DNA of 64,000 bases from NCBI GenBank assembly GCA_965153455.1, contig OZ234493.1:11522213-11586212 (forward strand), read 5' to 3'. This DNA comes from Sphagnum compactum. Lineage: Eukaryota. The position numbers and the translations under genes are program-made. The notes beneath the pieces were generated by a model, which saw nothing but the letters and a program-made list of their open reading frames with translations, was not told the DNA's origin and made no database searches. Shown piece by piece: positions 40,258 to 54,112 of the stretch (positions are counted from its first letter, which is position 1; every line of letters starts with the position of its first letter).

Positions 40258-43141
40258 CTCAAGATCGTTGGTGAAAGGTGTGTGGAAGGGTTGTGCACAA
40301 GTACTTTTATCCGCTGAAAAGCTGTTTGTGAAGCATAACAAGTTTAGTGTTCAAAGTAGATCAGCCTGGGTGATGATCTAGTTTCTATGGAGATAATTAG
40401 TGAGTGAACACCGTTAGCTAGATCTAGAATCCCAAAATGCAGACTCAAAAAACTGACCTCTCACCTTCTGTGAATGCATTCTGTCTGTACTTGTTGATTG
40501 GGTTCAAGAATTGTGTGATTAGAACGTTGCATCTGAATTCAACACAACAAAATGCATCCACACATTCTTTCACACTAACGTTGGGAAAATTAATATGAGG
40601 GTGCTATGTGCATTGGAATAAGGTCATCTTTCACAATCTATTACACCTCACGATTAACCAAATTTTTAAATATTGAAATAATTTCTCTGTACTTACAATG
40701 TAGGAATACAGTTAATATAATAAAACAAAGCAGTCAAGATGGTTTTTGTCCATTTTTTTTCTATGTTTGTTTCAATATCATAAATTCAACTTTCAAATTT
40801 CAGATTACAAGATTTTAAAGCTTTTTCAGAGGTTTGTTCAAACATGAAAGTAATTGAAAGTACAACTTTGTATTCAAAAGTTTCTTTCCATAACTTTTAG
40901 AATGCAAGAATGACATCAAACTTTGAACTTGAAAAGACACATAAAGGTGCCTTGTAAACTTTGCAATTGGAACAATTTTTTTTGTTTCTGGGGTTTATTG
41001 TAATACTTTTGTGGTGTTGATTAACTATATTTATTACCATAATAGGTTGGGGGAGGGGGCAGGGGGGGAGGAAAAACTTTTTTCAGATAAAATATTGTTT
41101 TAAATCTGTTCTCATACAAACCTAAATTTGAAATTTGGTCTAGTAAATAGTTGAGAGACCTGGTGCAAACAACAACAATCCCAACTAACCCCCTTCCTTC
41201 ACACCAAAACTCTCATGCATGCCATGGACCAGATCAAAACTTCATTACCCCACAAATAATATTCTCTCAAAATTTTCACCCCATGAGATAGATACAAAAT
41301 TGATCAAATTTCACAATGCACACAATTAACTTATTGTCAAACATGGCTTGTATGGTGTTGCTTTGACACCCTTTTAACCCTAGCTCCAATGCTGGTGATT
41401 ACCAAAGGGGAAGCAATACATCTTCACATAGAAACTTCTATTTTAGGGGAGCTTCCTTTGATGTGCAATCAGTAACTCTAGTGTAGATAACTATCAGCCA
41501 AATTCACCACAATGTGAGTGTCAATACAGGCCTTTGTCTAGTGTTGAAGTTGGGATGAAAGTAGAATAAAATAGACAATGTAAATCAGAAGCACTAAGGA
41601 TATAACATGTCATTATTTATAGATAGCATATTTATCAAATTTCATTAGCTTTTTAGAGAATGACACATTGGGCTTCAACTTAATGGATCAAAATACTAGA
41701 GTTGAATACAAATTATTTATTGAAATTAAAATTTCAGTACCTATTGTACTTTTCACCTTGATAGTTTTCTTGGTTCAAAAATGTACAAAATCAGAACAAA
41801 AGTAACCTCTTTTCTGTTATTTTTTCGTATCGTTAATATTTCATGTCAAAAATATGCTTGATTTATACTTTCAAATTTAATTGATATACTTTTTAATTCT
41901 CAAAAAATAAAAATGTATAGTAATTAAAATTCAAAAGACAAAATTTATGACCTCTGTATCCATCTAGCCTGGATTCCATAACATGAAATCAAATTCAAAG
42001 CCTTGGTGTTTGGGATGTCACTCTTTGCATCTCTCCAAAACTTGTTCATAAAAAGTATATCTTCATACTAAAGTATCATGAATATTCTTGCAGACGTTTT
42101 ATTCTATTCCAATATTTTTCGTTCAATTTAATAGTTCAAGATGCTCCAAAGAGAAGTCATTCTTATGACTTTTGTAATTTAGGACATCACAATGTGAATC
42201 ACAAATGTACCATCCAATATCTTCATTTATTTTAGATGTCAAATTGATAAAACCTTAAATAGATGGTGTTCATTAAAACCATGTTGGGTGCTTTGATGGG
42301 GGGAAGGACAAATACTAGTGTACCAATTCCACACCGCTAGTAGGGCATCTCTTTTGAAAACTGTTCAATTTGGATGAAATGACAATTGGAAGTCATTCCT
42401 ATATATACCTTCTCGGTGAGAAAAACTCAAAAATTTTCATCCAAGTGGAACAAGTAGGTACATAAAGCTTTCATCCTGGAATGAGGCAAACAGCCAATCA
42501 AAATCTTTTTGTTGAAACATCAATGCCATGATTCATGAAGTGGACCAATAACCTTAACAAATATGAGACTTTCCTCCCTAAAAATTTGTAGGGAGTGTCT
42601 TGCTAGTGTGGGGGCGCACCATTCAACTAGAATTGAACTTCTCAGTTATATCATGTATCTTGGTGCCTTCTGATATTTTCACATCTCCCTAATTCTTGTT
42701 CGCACTCTCTTGGTTGCAAGACCACCACCTCACGCTCTTCTGCTTCCCATCAGTGTTTTTTTTTCCATTTTGCAAAGTAGCCAGTGTGGCCACCTCTAAC
42801 ATACAGTTGGTGCTGCTCTGGCTAAAAGCAAGCTGGTGTAAGAGTTCTCTATGGCCCCACTAGCATACTATTTATGTAAACCTGGCTGTCACTTCAATTT
42901 TTATGGTGAATTATTTGACCCCTTCACAAAATTGTTGGGTGAAAAAAGCTGGCTAGATCTAAAATGAACGTAGAGTTTTTTGGCTATTAAACAATTGTCT
43001 TTGGAGATTATATGACAAAGTATGAAATGTTGTTGTTGTAATTTGGCAACTACTTGGGGCAGACTATAGAATTTTCAAGGATATTGATTCATTTGAATGC
43101 TCTAAAAGCAACTCCTAACATTAGTGAACACAAGCACTTGC

Positions 43142-43143
<2 letters not shown>

Positions 43144-43175
<32 letters not shown>
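43144..43175 (+). repeat. Poly-G tract (32 nt)
   Basis: Seen directly; another G16 run lies at 51001-51016. Confidence 0.9.
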
Positions 43176-43459
43176 CTGGCATTTCTAGCACAATTGACCT
43201 ACAGTGTCAATCAAGTTAGCATACAATTCCAACTTCATAAATTAATGCAAGAAGAGAAACAATTGCAATTGTAGTCCAGAAAGTTGGTAGACTTGTAAAA
43301 CAACCATTAAATTCAACAAATGGAACAGCACATTGAAAAGGGCCAAAAAAATTCTACCTTTATAGAAGCATAGCCTGCAACTCAACAAACCACAAAGGAT
43401 TTTGTTGTTGTAGAAACACTATTAGCAACTCCACAAAACAATTGCACCTTAACCATCAA

Positions 43460-45860
43460 AATAGTAGCGATGTCGTGCTGCTCTCCACTACTCAATACAT
43501 TCAACATAGGGGAAATTCTCCAAAGTGTAGAATTGTTGTGCAAGCATGCGCACAACAATCGGGAGATGAGTAGTGAGCTTATTGTGGAGCTTTGACTTCA
43601 TAAAAGCTAGAGTTGAGAAACATTTCTTATCCTCCACATTGCTTATTATCTATATTGTGGCCGATTCAACCAATTTGACGAACTCAGGGAAGTTGGAGAC
43701 CAATATCCGAAATGTTGTCACAAGGTGCCACATTTTGGTTAATGGACTAGTGTCAAAAGGGGGCACCATACAAGCTACTGCATTTGACCTCATTGTGAGC
43801 TTGAACATGCCTTGCTAGTAGTCAATATCAGTAGCATTCAGGAGCTCTTGCATCTAAACCCATTGTTCATCCACCTTGCACATTGTTTTGCCATAGCAAA
43901 AAATTACTTTAAAAACCTAAAGGTGATTGGCAAAAGATGCATCAAAGTCTGATTGCAACCAATACTAGGGATACACAATCCCAAAAACATTCATGACACC
44001 ATGGGATGGAAACCTAATTTCCAACTCCCTCATCAAATTTTGTGCAGCTCCTGCCAAACCACACAAAACCATGGACTTACATAAACAGGGAAAAAAAATG
44101 ACAAAAAAAAATCAACAAAAAAAAGCACAAAAAGAATGGAAATGTTTTAAAGCATTACATTTGCACTAGTTTTTCACCAATGATTCAACAACAACAAAAA
44201 CATCTTTTTGTCACATATGATGGAAAACTAGTCTCCAAATCTCAATACACTACCCAAATATGTTGGCCATTTGTCTCAAAGGCCAAATGTTGAACACGAG
44301 AATTCAAGTCAAGTACCCACCGCATCTTGATGTTCTCATGCTTGAATTCTAAAAGTGATTTGAAAGCCCAAAAGTTGTCTGTTGTGAACTTGGAGGTTTG
44401 ATCACAATACATCATGTAGATGTCACCTTGACATATCTTAATAGCTACCACGAGATCACACACATAGACATCCTTTATTTGTGCAAATTTAGTGAGGGCA
44501 TGGATAGATTCAAACAATGGCAGAATGCAAGCAAGCCCAAGCAAAACCTGGAGGTCATGCAAGTTTTCATAATTCAGCTTGGCTTGTTGATTGGTAGGAC
44601 TATCCAAGGCCATCTTCACCAATAGAGTCTTATATTCTGCCATCACTTTCTTGGCAAGGCTCAACATAGAAATCCATTTGGTTTTCATATTCTAGAGGAT
44701 TTTAATTTCCTTTTGTTTGCATGAGTTCTACAAGTTTTGTGAACTCCAAGTGCCTTTTAAGTGACTGGGCAAAGTATGAATGCAAGTTTTGTAACATATT
44801 TTCAAGCCAAATCACTAAAGGTAGTCCTGATAAGGTTTGCACTACCAAATTGGTGCGGTGGCCATACAATGGACCCCAATAGAATGAGGAGCATAATATC
44901 CTTGATTTGTTTTGTAACACCACTTTTGGTGCCTTGAAATACATTAATACCATTTGCCCCAAAGCAAATCAACTTATGGGCAATTTGGTCTCTTGCCACA
45001 CCACCACCTATCATCAAAGCTTCCATAATAACCTTGGTTAGATTATCACTCCCCAATCCCTCTATAACCCGGTCCAAAGAAATCAAAATTGGAATCCTTA
45101 CCCAATTCTACATTACATAGTAGTGCACAAATAACCAGAATTGGTTATCCATTGTAGAAACTTCATCACAACTAAGAACCACATAACAAGCAGCCTCCAC
45201 TATTGCCCCGATTACCCTCAAAACCTCTTGATGCATGAACTCTGCCATTGTCCAACCAGAGTTATCACTCTAGTGTTTCTTGCTATTTTTCGGCACCTGT
45301 AGGAACTTAAACAAAGGCTTCAATGTTCATATTCTAGCATAGGACGTCCTTGTTACAACAAATGCAACATAGTGGCAAATTGGACCACTTTCTTTGTATT
45401 CTCTCCAACCACACCATGTGCAACTTGAGTAGTAATAGATTCACAGCCACAAGAAACAAACAACTTTTGGTTCTTAGCATGCTTACAAACCTTAGAATAA
45501 TACCAATCCTCTTTCTTGACATCAGTCCCAATATCCTTTGCAGCCTTTCTACGACCTACATGTTTAGCCAAAAAATCCCACCTAGCAGATAACACCTTAT
45601 CTTTCCTTTCCACCTCACTACAAATTTTGCACTTGATAGTGTGCAAACTACCATTTGACCTTACACATAGTTCTGCCCAAAAGAAGCTTAGCAACCTAGG
45701 AGTCTTGAAATTTTCTGGTTGTGTCATAGTTCTATTTCTTGATTCTTGGCTTTTACTTGAAGTATGTAGACCTTTTTCAGGAGGGTGGACATTAGGTAGA
45801 CCTTCTTTAGGGGGGGGTGACAAACTTTTTAAAGAACATAACATCATCATCATCTAGGTT
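43460..45860 (-). pseudogene. hAT transposase pseudogene (ZNF862-like type)
   Basis: Fragments in order: CKICSEVE..KHVGRRKA (Zn-finger-like); LSCDEVSTMDNQ; CFGANG; HRTNLVVQTLS; HSYFAQSLKRHLEF; MKTKWISMLS; and a C-terminal dimerisation-like segment PEFVKL..NVEDKKCFSTLAFMKSKLHNKL. Several frameshifts and stops. Confidence 0.85.
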
Positions 45861-48800
45861 TGACAGATCAAAAGAACCAAGAGAAAACAATGAATGGGAT
45901 CATGTAAGAAGACCATGAGAAGAAGAAGCACCATTCTGATCACCAATTAAAAAAAGTACATCCATGGTAGCTAGGTTCCTACTAGAATAGAAGAATGCAC
46001 TTATAAGATTAAGGCAATTGAGGAGGCATTGTCAAACCTTAATTTGGGTTCCAAATTTTAAATGGAACCTTAAATTACACCTTTAAAGTCTGAACCTTTA
46101 CAATCTAGAAAACTTGAAAGAAGTTTAAAATGCAGTGTGCAAATTGCATAAACACAAGCCAATAAAATTTATATCGAGCTAACAAGTAACCAACAATCAA
46201 TAGCATATGAAAAAGGGGGGGTCCAGAATGTTAACCCAAACTGACCTTAAATTGGGTTTAGACATTCTGTGGAACCTTGAATTGCACCTTTGGAGTCTAG
46301 ACCTTTAAAATATGGAGAACACATAAAAGAAACAACGAATTGATTTACAAAAAATTGATAATGCAATGTGTAGATTGCATTTATACAAGCCAAGAAAACT
46401 ACATCATGTTAATAAAAAACCAATAGCTAGCAACATATGAGAAAAGGAGGGGGTACGTTTAAAATGTTTACCCAAATTAAAAGAAGTGCAAATGTGGTTT
46501 ATTCAGTACACCCTAATTCGCGAATCCCAATTCCCTACTGAGTCCCCTCAAGGCTCACTAACTCATAGTCCCCTGCAAGTTGCAATGGCAAACATGCAAG
46601 CATGGACTCTAGAGTCTAGACCATTGATCAATTGAAAATCATAAAAACAAAAATGAGCAATCCTACAAAATTTAAAATACAAAATCCTACTCAATTGACA
46701 CCTCCCATGGAGATTCGATGCAAATTTTGACAACGGTCTCATGGATGTTCTTAGGATTTTGTAGGACTATGATGCATGAGAAATCTCCAGCAAAATTTGT
46801 TGAAGAACATAAGCACACCAAGGTGGTTTAAAACTAATGATGCACACCATGCTTGCATGGACCTCTATCCTACACATTGCAATTATGCACAAAAGTGCCT
46901 CAACGATTCAATATACAATGCACAAAAGGACTTCAACAAATAAAGACAATAGGTTTGGAGGAAGAAGTATTCCCTTTGCCGGCAAGAACTTCAAAACAAA
47001 CATCAATGTCAATTCCAAACAACACAAGTGAAGTTCTGTTGTCTCCACGCACGTTGAAGAAACATTTCATCCACCACAATGGAGTCCCACCCTCTTGGCA
47101 AACATAAACAAGGCTTTGGTGATAGTGCATACACTAAGGGAAAGACTTGGCGAAAACAAAAAACAACAAACGAAAGCTCCTTTTGGTGAATTGTTGCAAT
47201 TTTTGTGCAAAACAAGCTAACGAAGAAAAAAACAATTTCCTCACAACCTGACTCTTTGGATGGTCAAGATCTACTTGGCAACACCCCAAAAGGGTTTAGG
47301 GTTTAGGTTGGCAAATCAAGACCATTGATGCAGTGCAATTTGGCCCATCACATCTAGTGTCGGATGTTTTTTGGCAAACTTTCACGATTTCCCCCCTTAT
47401 TTTCCTTTATATGAATAGCTGCCCTTTTTTTTAAGTAGAAAATTGGCTATTTTTTCGCTAGAAAAAAAAAACACTGCTTCCCATAACTCGTAAGCTTGGC
47501 TAACCTATGTAATCAATTATGTCCCATAACCAGCTTGAATGCACTAGTCACCATGAACAGTCTTGGCACTTAGATGCCTCATCTATTCATAATGACTTGT
47601 GTGTTATTGCTAGGTACCTAATTTATTTAGTTCTAAACAAGTCTTTTTTTACTTTTTGGAAAACAACGAACATTGCTCAACATGGTTCCAATAGATTTTT
47701 GTAGTGCAGATGTGGCAATTTTATTTTTCCTTCAAATGAATGTTTTGGCGACTATGATTTTTTTATTAAGAGTTAAATGGCAAGCTATTCAAAAGTTTGG
47801 GATTAAGAAACGACCCTAAAAAAAATTGCAAATTTTCATATTTTTAGTGTAAATTCAAAAAAATTGTCAAAATTTTGAAAAATCTTGTCATAGTTTCCAA
47901 ACAACAAAATTTTTAAAAAAACACCACAACAACAACACTAAAAGGAAACATGAAAATCAATTCCATTGAAGAAAGTGCCAAAAAAATAGAATTGAGCATA
48001 CAAAAGCATTGTGCATCTAATAAAAGGAATAAGTCCAAAAAAGTAAGTAGGTCTCTCCATTTGACAAGTTGAAATGTTGTAAACAAAATTGTTAGAATCA
48101 CAACCAATTGGAACCCCAAAATAAAATCTTGGCCCATGTTCGACTTGTCCCATATGCTAAGTCTGCAAACGCATGCATTACTTTAAAAAAAACCTCATGA
48201 ACTAAAGTCGATTCCGACCATATTTTTCAACAGTTACCCACTATGCATAAGCAACATCATAAGGAAAATTTTGCAAAATGTAGAAATCTTGGCTATACAT
48301 GCCCACAACAAGCTATAAATGGGGATTTAAGGCATTTCAAAACTTGCTCTTCAAAAATGACAAAGATGAAATGCATCATTCATCTTCCATTGAGCCGAAG
48401 ACATGGACTACCACAAGTTTGATGTCCTCAAAAAAGACATGACAAAACACTTGATTGGTTGTGATTGTGCACCAAAACTTTGGTAACATGTTCACTTCAA
48501 GGGACAAATTCGATTTTTTGAAACCCATGGTAACCCAAGCATTTTTCATCATGGCACACTCAAATAAGCCCTATTAGACATTGAGCTCCCACTTATCTAG
48601 TAGGTTCCAAACATGCTTGACATTTTGGGTAGTGTCAACATGCCTCATCTCACAATAGTAATTTTTTAGGATGTTAAAAATGAGTGCAAAAAGAAGATTC
48701 ATCATTAAGGGTTAATCAATATTGGGGATAGAAAATCCCTAATGCATCCAACAAACCATGTTGGGGGAACTGGTTTTGTAACTCAACTATCAATTGTTTA

Positions 48801-51800
48801 GCAACCCTTGCGAAGTACATTAAGAATAGAGCTTAGATAATAACTAAATTCAAAATGTAATAAAACTAATGTTGGAAAGATTTCAGCAAATGTTACATCA
48901 TCATTAGCACTACTAAAGCAAATGCATCTCTAAAACTCAAGAAAGTTAAACTTAAGACCAACCTCTTTCAATTAAAAATGAAATTGAAAAAAACAAAACT
49001 AAAAAAAGGACACATGACTTGAAGGGTTCATAGAAAATTTTAAACTTACCACTACATTCTTCTTTTGTGGTAAAACCCAAATTTTAAACAATGCTATTCA
49101 ACAACCCTAATCCTCACATGACAAAAAAAAACAATGGCGAATACATTTCAAATGTTGGGGATGATATTTTAGCTCTGGCTATGAATTATGTAATTGAAAC
49201 ATGGCTTCAAAACAATTTTATTTATACAAAATTAACACAAGGCCTCGTGCCCTAAGAAAAGAGCAAGTGCAATTTAACTTTTGATAGCCAAGAAATAAAA
49301 ATGTTTGTTCTAAAACTCATGTGCTCCCCCTAATGTTTATTTTTCCTTCAAGTTCTTTGATTGGATCTTGTCCATGGAGGATGTCCTCATTTTACCAAGA
49401 ATGGGTAGTTTTGTGACTCACTTGTATGAAGTGCATTATCTCATGCTAAAAAACATATTTTCAAAATCAATACACTTTTGGCACAATGATTTAGGCTTTG
49501 AAGACTTTTAATTCAAATGAGGTTAAAGCTTATCTCCCTCTCCTTCTCACATTGCCACCAATGGTTTTTTTTTTCCAATTTTTTGATGTGGCTAAAGTGG
49601 CAATCATCTATAAGAGGGCTTACCCAAATTTGGCTATAATAAATATGAAATACAAAAAATTAAACATCCTGTTATATTTTTTCCTACTTATTATAACTTA
49701 ATGTAAAATCTGACTATTCTTAAAGTTTTTCTTAAATCCTCAATATTTGGTAATTGGAAAACCTCAAAATTACTTAATTTTTTGCAATCTTGGAAATTTT
49801 TTGCTAGAACAAAAAAACACTACTTGCTACAAAAGTGTTTTTCTTTTTCCATTTTGTGATGTCTTTGAAATGGCAATCATCCATAAAAAACATTTAGCCA
49901 AATTTGACTTTAAAAAAATGTAACAAAACATTATTTCAAAAAAGTTATGGGAGAAAAAACCCAAAGTATGAGCTCAAGTACATATACCAAAATGGGGTGC
50001 AAATACAAAGATAGGAGCCAAAAACCATGTTAAATAATGGTGAAAACTACAAACTTTTTTACATATGTTTTTTTCTTGATATTTTAAAGTTATGTTAATC
50101 ATTCCAAGTTGTGTTAAATGACTAAGATGAATGGTGGGGAATTAAAATTAAATTCATTAAATTAAAATTTGGGTTTTGGTTTTTAAAAATGATGTTTGAA
50201 CTTAAATAGGTGCTACATCAAATTGTGGTTAATTTTACAAAGGACTAGGTAAAGGACTATTGTAATATCATAATTTTGATGGTAAAAAAATTTAGATGAT
50301 AGTAACCTATTACCCAAGTTCAAAAAACAATCACAATTTAAAAGATATGAAATTATTTTTTTTTAGAAATTCAAAGTATTTTTCAAATTTTTTAATTTTC
50401 AAGAGTCCATTACCACATGTAAATGGGGTGCAATGTGCATGACATAGAAAACAAAGTTGTAGTTTATGGTATAAGAGACAAAAACCTAAAGTAGTTAGCA
50501 TATTTTGGTGGGATTCAAAATTATGATACATTTTCAAGATGAAATGTAGAATCTCGTAAAATTTACACATTTTGAAATTTTCATATTTATTCAACAATGA
50601 TTAAAACAAAACATGTGATTTACTGGGGCAACTATATGTATTTTTAATAACAAGTTGCAAAAGATTTTATTCAAAAAAATTTATGAAAGAATGAAAAAAA
50701 ACTAAAAAGGATTCAGAGTCTGTTTGTAAAGTAATCATGTTGGTTCCTATCTATGTACTTGTACCCAATGGCCACATGAACTAAGTTTTCATGTACTACG
50801 GAAGGGGCTCAGTTGGGCATATGGTATGTAAAGTTTCCAATTTAGTATTGTGAAAACCCAGTGTGACTAACACCCACCAATGCACTAGTTGGAGAAAACC
50901 CACTTTGGGTTTTCATGTGGATGAAACCCAATATAGCCTCTCTTGGGGTCTAGGTGAGTTTTTGGAAAAATAAAAATTCCATGTTGCTTTTCCCTTCTTT
51001 GGGGGGGGGGGGGGGGCTCTTTTTTCTTCCTTCTTGTTTTCTACTTCCTTTTAATCTTCATGTTTTTCTTTTCTTTTTATCCTCTTATGTAGCAACAAGT
51101 TCATAGAACAATTCGCTACTTGTTCTTTTTTTGGTTTGTTTTACAATGGAGCTCATTGGTGTGTTTTTGGTGTTTGGGGGGTGCCATGGAACCATTATTG
51201 CCCCTCTTCTATCATTGCAAACTCTTTTCCAAGATTCAATGATTATCCATGTAAATCTCATTCTTGAACATTTCTTAATTATAAAGTTCATGTGGCCTTT
51301 AATTGCAAATGCTGAAAATAAGCTTGCAACTCATTATCATCATTGATTTTTTCCCAAAAAAAAAGAAAATACAAGAAGGAGAAGCAAAAAGAAGAAGAAG
51401 AAAAAAACAAAAAGGAGAAAAAAATTTAAAAAGAAGAAGAAAATAAAGAGAAATTTATAAAAGAATTAAAAGAGTAAAAACAAGTAGAAGAAAAAGAAGA
51501 GCTTTTCTTTAAAAAAAATTTTGTCTTGGGAATTGTTTTATTTCTTTAATGAAAAATATTGAACTTTTTTGGTAATGTATGTTTGGAAACCTAAAAGATT
51601 TAGATGTGCTGATTTTGGTAGAGTATGTTTGGAAAGGTAAAAGGTAAACTACTATTTGATGCACAAGCACTCAATTTTATGGAACATCATGAGGAGTATT
51701 CATGTAGGTTACTAATGTGCATAAACTCAATATAGGCTTTGAAGGATCCATCGTGGTCATTGCAATGTAGACATAAATGGTTAAAAATGTAATGTTTCCT

Positions 51801-52139
51801 ATGATTGAATTTATATAGTGCAACAAAACAATTTGGATATGAAAAATCACGCAATCATTGATTTTCATGAATCCAAAATGATTCATGGATGATACGCCCT
51901 CATACTCACCTATTTTTTTCCTTTTTTCCTTGTTAAAGATAAATATAAATGCTATAGATGCTAGATGAAAGATAAACTCATGTGGCCCCCTAGCATTTAT
52001 CTTTCATTGAATGTTACAATTGTGGGTTGTTGCTTTAATGTAAGTTTTGTGGGACTAATAAAGACACGTTTGTGATGATTGCGATTTGGTTTTAGCTAAA
52101 GAATCATAACATTTATACCCACTAACATGTGAGAATGAA

Positions 52140-52450
52140 TAAAGGTTTAGCCAAAGAATAGATAGGTTTTGACGAAAAGAAAAATATTAGTTAGAAAAAG
52201 ATAGAAGTTTTATTGAAAGGTAAAGGTTTAGCTTAGAAAGAAATAGATGTTTTGTTGAGAGATAAAGGTTTCGCCAAAAATATATAAAGGTTTTTTTTGA
52301 GAGATAAATGTTTAGTTAGGAAGAAATAAAAGTTTTATCAAAAGATAAAAGTTTAACAACAAAAAAGATAATTTGTTTTCAAGAGGTAAAAAGTTTAGCT
52401 ATGAAAATATAGATGTTTTGCCAAAAAATAGAAATTTTGTTAAGAAAATA
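52140..52450. repeat. Degenerate short-unit tandem repeat (AAAGGTTTAGC..AAAAATAGATGTTTT)
   Basis: Recurring ATAAAGGTTT/ATAGATGTTT words over ~300 bp. Confidence 0.55.
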
Positions 52451-52916
52451 TAAAAGGGAGGTAAGTAAGGTGGGTAGGTAGGGACAAAATGTAGGTCCGC
52501 AAAGTAACTTGGTCAATAGGGCACTATGGAAATGAGGTTGGGAAAAACCAACTAAAAAACAAAGGTCAAAGGTTAACAACTAAAAAAGGTTGATGGCAAT
52601 GTTTTTTTTCCATTTTTTTCATATCAAAATTTTGACAAAATTTTATAAACAATTAACAAAATTAATTGAATTTGCACTAGAATAAGAAATAATTTGTCGA
52701 AAAATAATGAAATTTTTTCAGAGAAAAAAACGCTGGTTGATTATGATACAATATTTGCTGTTGATCTAAAAAAGGTTGATTTTGGTACATGTTCATTGTT
52801 GGTTAACCCAAGGTCAAAATCCGGATGAAGAAACACAACCCATTCTATGGACAAAACAATAAACTAGTGCATTGATGGGTGCTAGTTCACTTTGACCCCT
52901 TTATGATAGGTTGAAA

Positions 52917-53909
52917 CTGGTGTTGGGTGATTATCAATAGCCAAAATAGACCTTTGTGGTTATTTAAGGCAATTCTTAATACTCATAATTTATGGTTTTC
53001 AAAAAATGAAATAGTCAATTCTGATATATAATCATGATTCTCCAAATTTGAAAAAAAATTTAACAACCAACCCTAAAAAGAATTGTCAGTTCTTTATCAA
53101 TTCTTTCCTTTTCATTTTAAAATTCCCCAAAAAAGGAAAAAAATATTAAACATCACCAAAAATCACCATAATGCCTACGATAATGAAAGGCAAATTAAGA
53201 TATAATATTTTCATATTTTAAATATTCTCAAATTTGGCTAACCATATTTATGGACTATTACCACTTGAGAGAAACATCACAAAACTGAAATTAAAAATTA
53301 AACACTGATTTTTGAAACCCTCCAAAATCACTCCATTTTTTCGAATTTCTTAATTTTAATTTCTCCTTTTGGTGAATTTTTGCCAGTAAAAAAACAAACA
53401 GGCTCTCAACAATAATAGTCTTATACAATGTTTTTTTAGGAGTTTCTTTTTATAGCCGAAGAAGCAATCATCCTTAGGCAGAATTAGCCAAATATGGCTA
53501 ATAAACGAAATATGACGTCAAAAAAAATTTAATTATCCCTTTACAATTTTTTTGGCTACACACTTTTAAACCAAATTTATAAAAAAACCTGACAAGTTTT
53601 TACAAAATTGTTTCCCCTCATTTCTGGCAATTAAAAACCTCCAAAATCACTTCATTTTCGAATTTTAAATTTCGAATTTAAGTTTCGAATTTAAGTTCCA
53701 GGTTTTCATAAATGAACCAGCAAAGAATCGCCGGTTCTTTGCCCAGTTCTTTGACCTCTTAAAATAATAATTTGAAAACCGTGGTTATACACCGCAACCG
53801 GCTATTCGAAAAGTTTGAGAACCGGGGGGTAGTTGAGCACGCACCCGGTATGATAACCGACGGGCACACTCCCCCGCCCCCCCCCCTTCTAAGAACCGCC
53901 CAACACCGG
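52917..53909. mobile_element. Putative non-autonomous TIR element directly upstream of NADP-ME, with nested short repeats
   Basis: Left end CTGGTGTTGGGTGATT; reverse complement of right end CCGGTGTTGGGCGGTT. AACCG/CGGTT-rich subterminal words like those at 15560-15990. No TSD recognised. Confidence 0.45.
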
Positions 53910-53919
53910 AGACCAGCCA

Positions 53920-53941
53920 GCATGCACGTCGACGTGCTTGC
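53920..53941. promoter_or_regulatory. Palindromic double-ACGT element with overlapping RY (CATGCA) motif
   Basis: GCATGCACGTCGACGTGCTTGC has a perfect 14-bp palindromic core and lies ~175 bp upstream of the NADP-ME ATG. Confidence 0.45.
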
Positions 53942-54112
53942 CTCATGCAGTTTGGGGAAGTTTGAATCTAGACTTGAATAGGGCTTTGCAAATTGTTTGA
54001 TGAGAGTTTGCGAGATTGTGTTTGCTGGAAGAGATCCTGTTTGATCGCAATTGCGTAGGAGCTCTGAAAGGGAAGGGGAGGGGGGGGCGAGAAACTAGTT
54101 GCAGCAGCAAGC

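Larger units (their letters stand above)
42751..47476 (-). mobile_element. Full-length but decayed hAT DNA transposon (4.7 kb)
   Basis: TIR CAGTGTTTTTTTTT at 42751 and AAAAAAAAAACACTG ending at 47476. Perfect 8-bp TSD CTTCCCAT at 42743-42750 and 47477-47484. Contains a minus-strand transposase remnant and an internal ~220-bp tandem duplication (~46036-46478). Confidence 0.9.
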
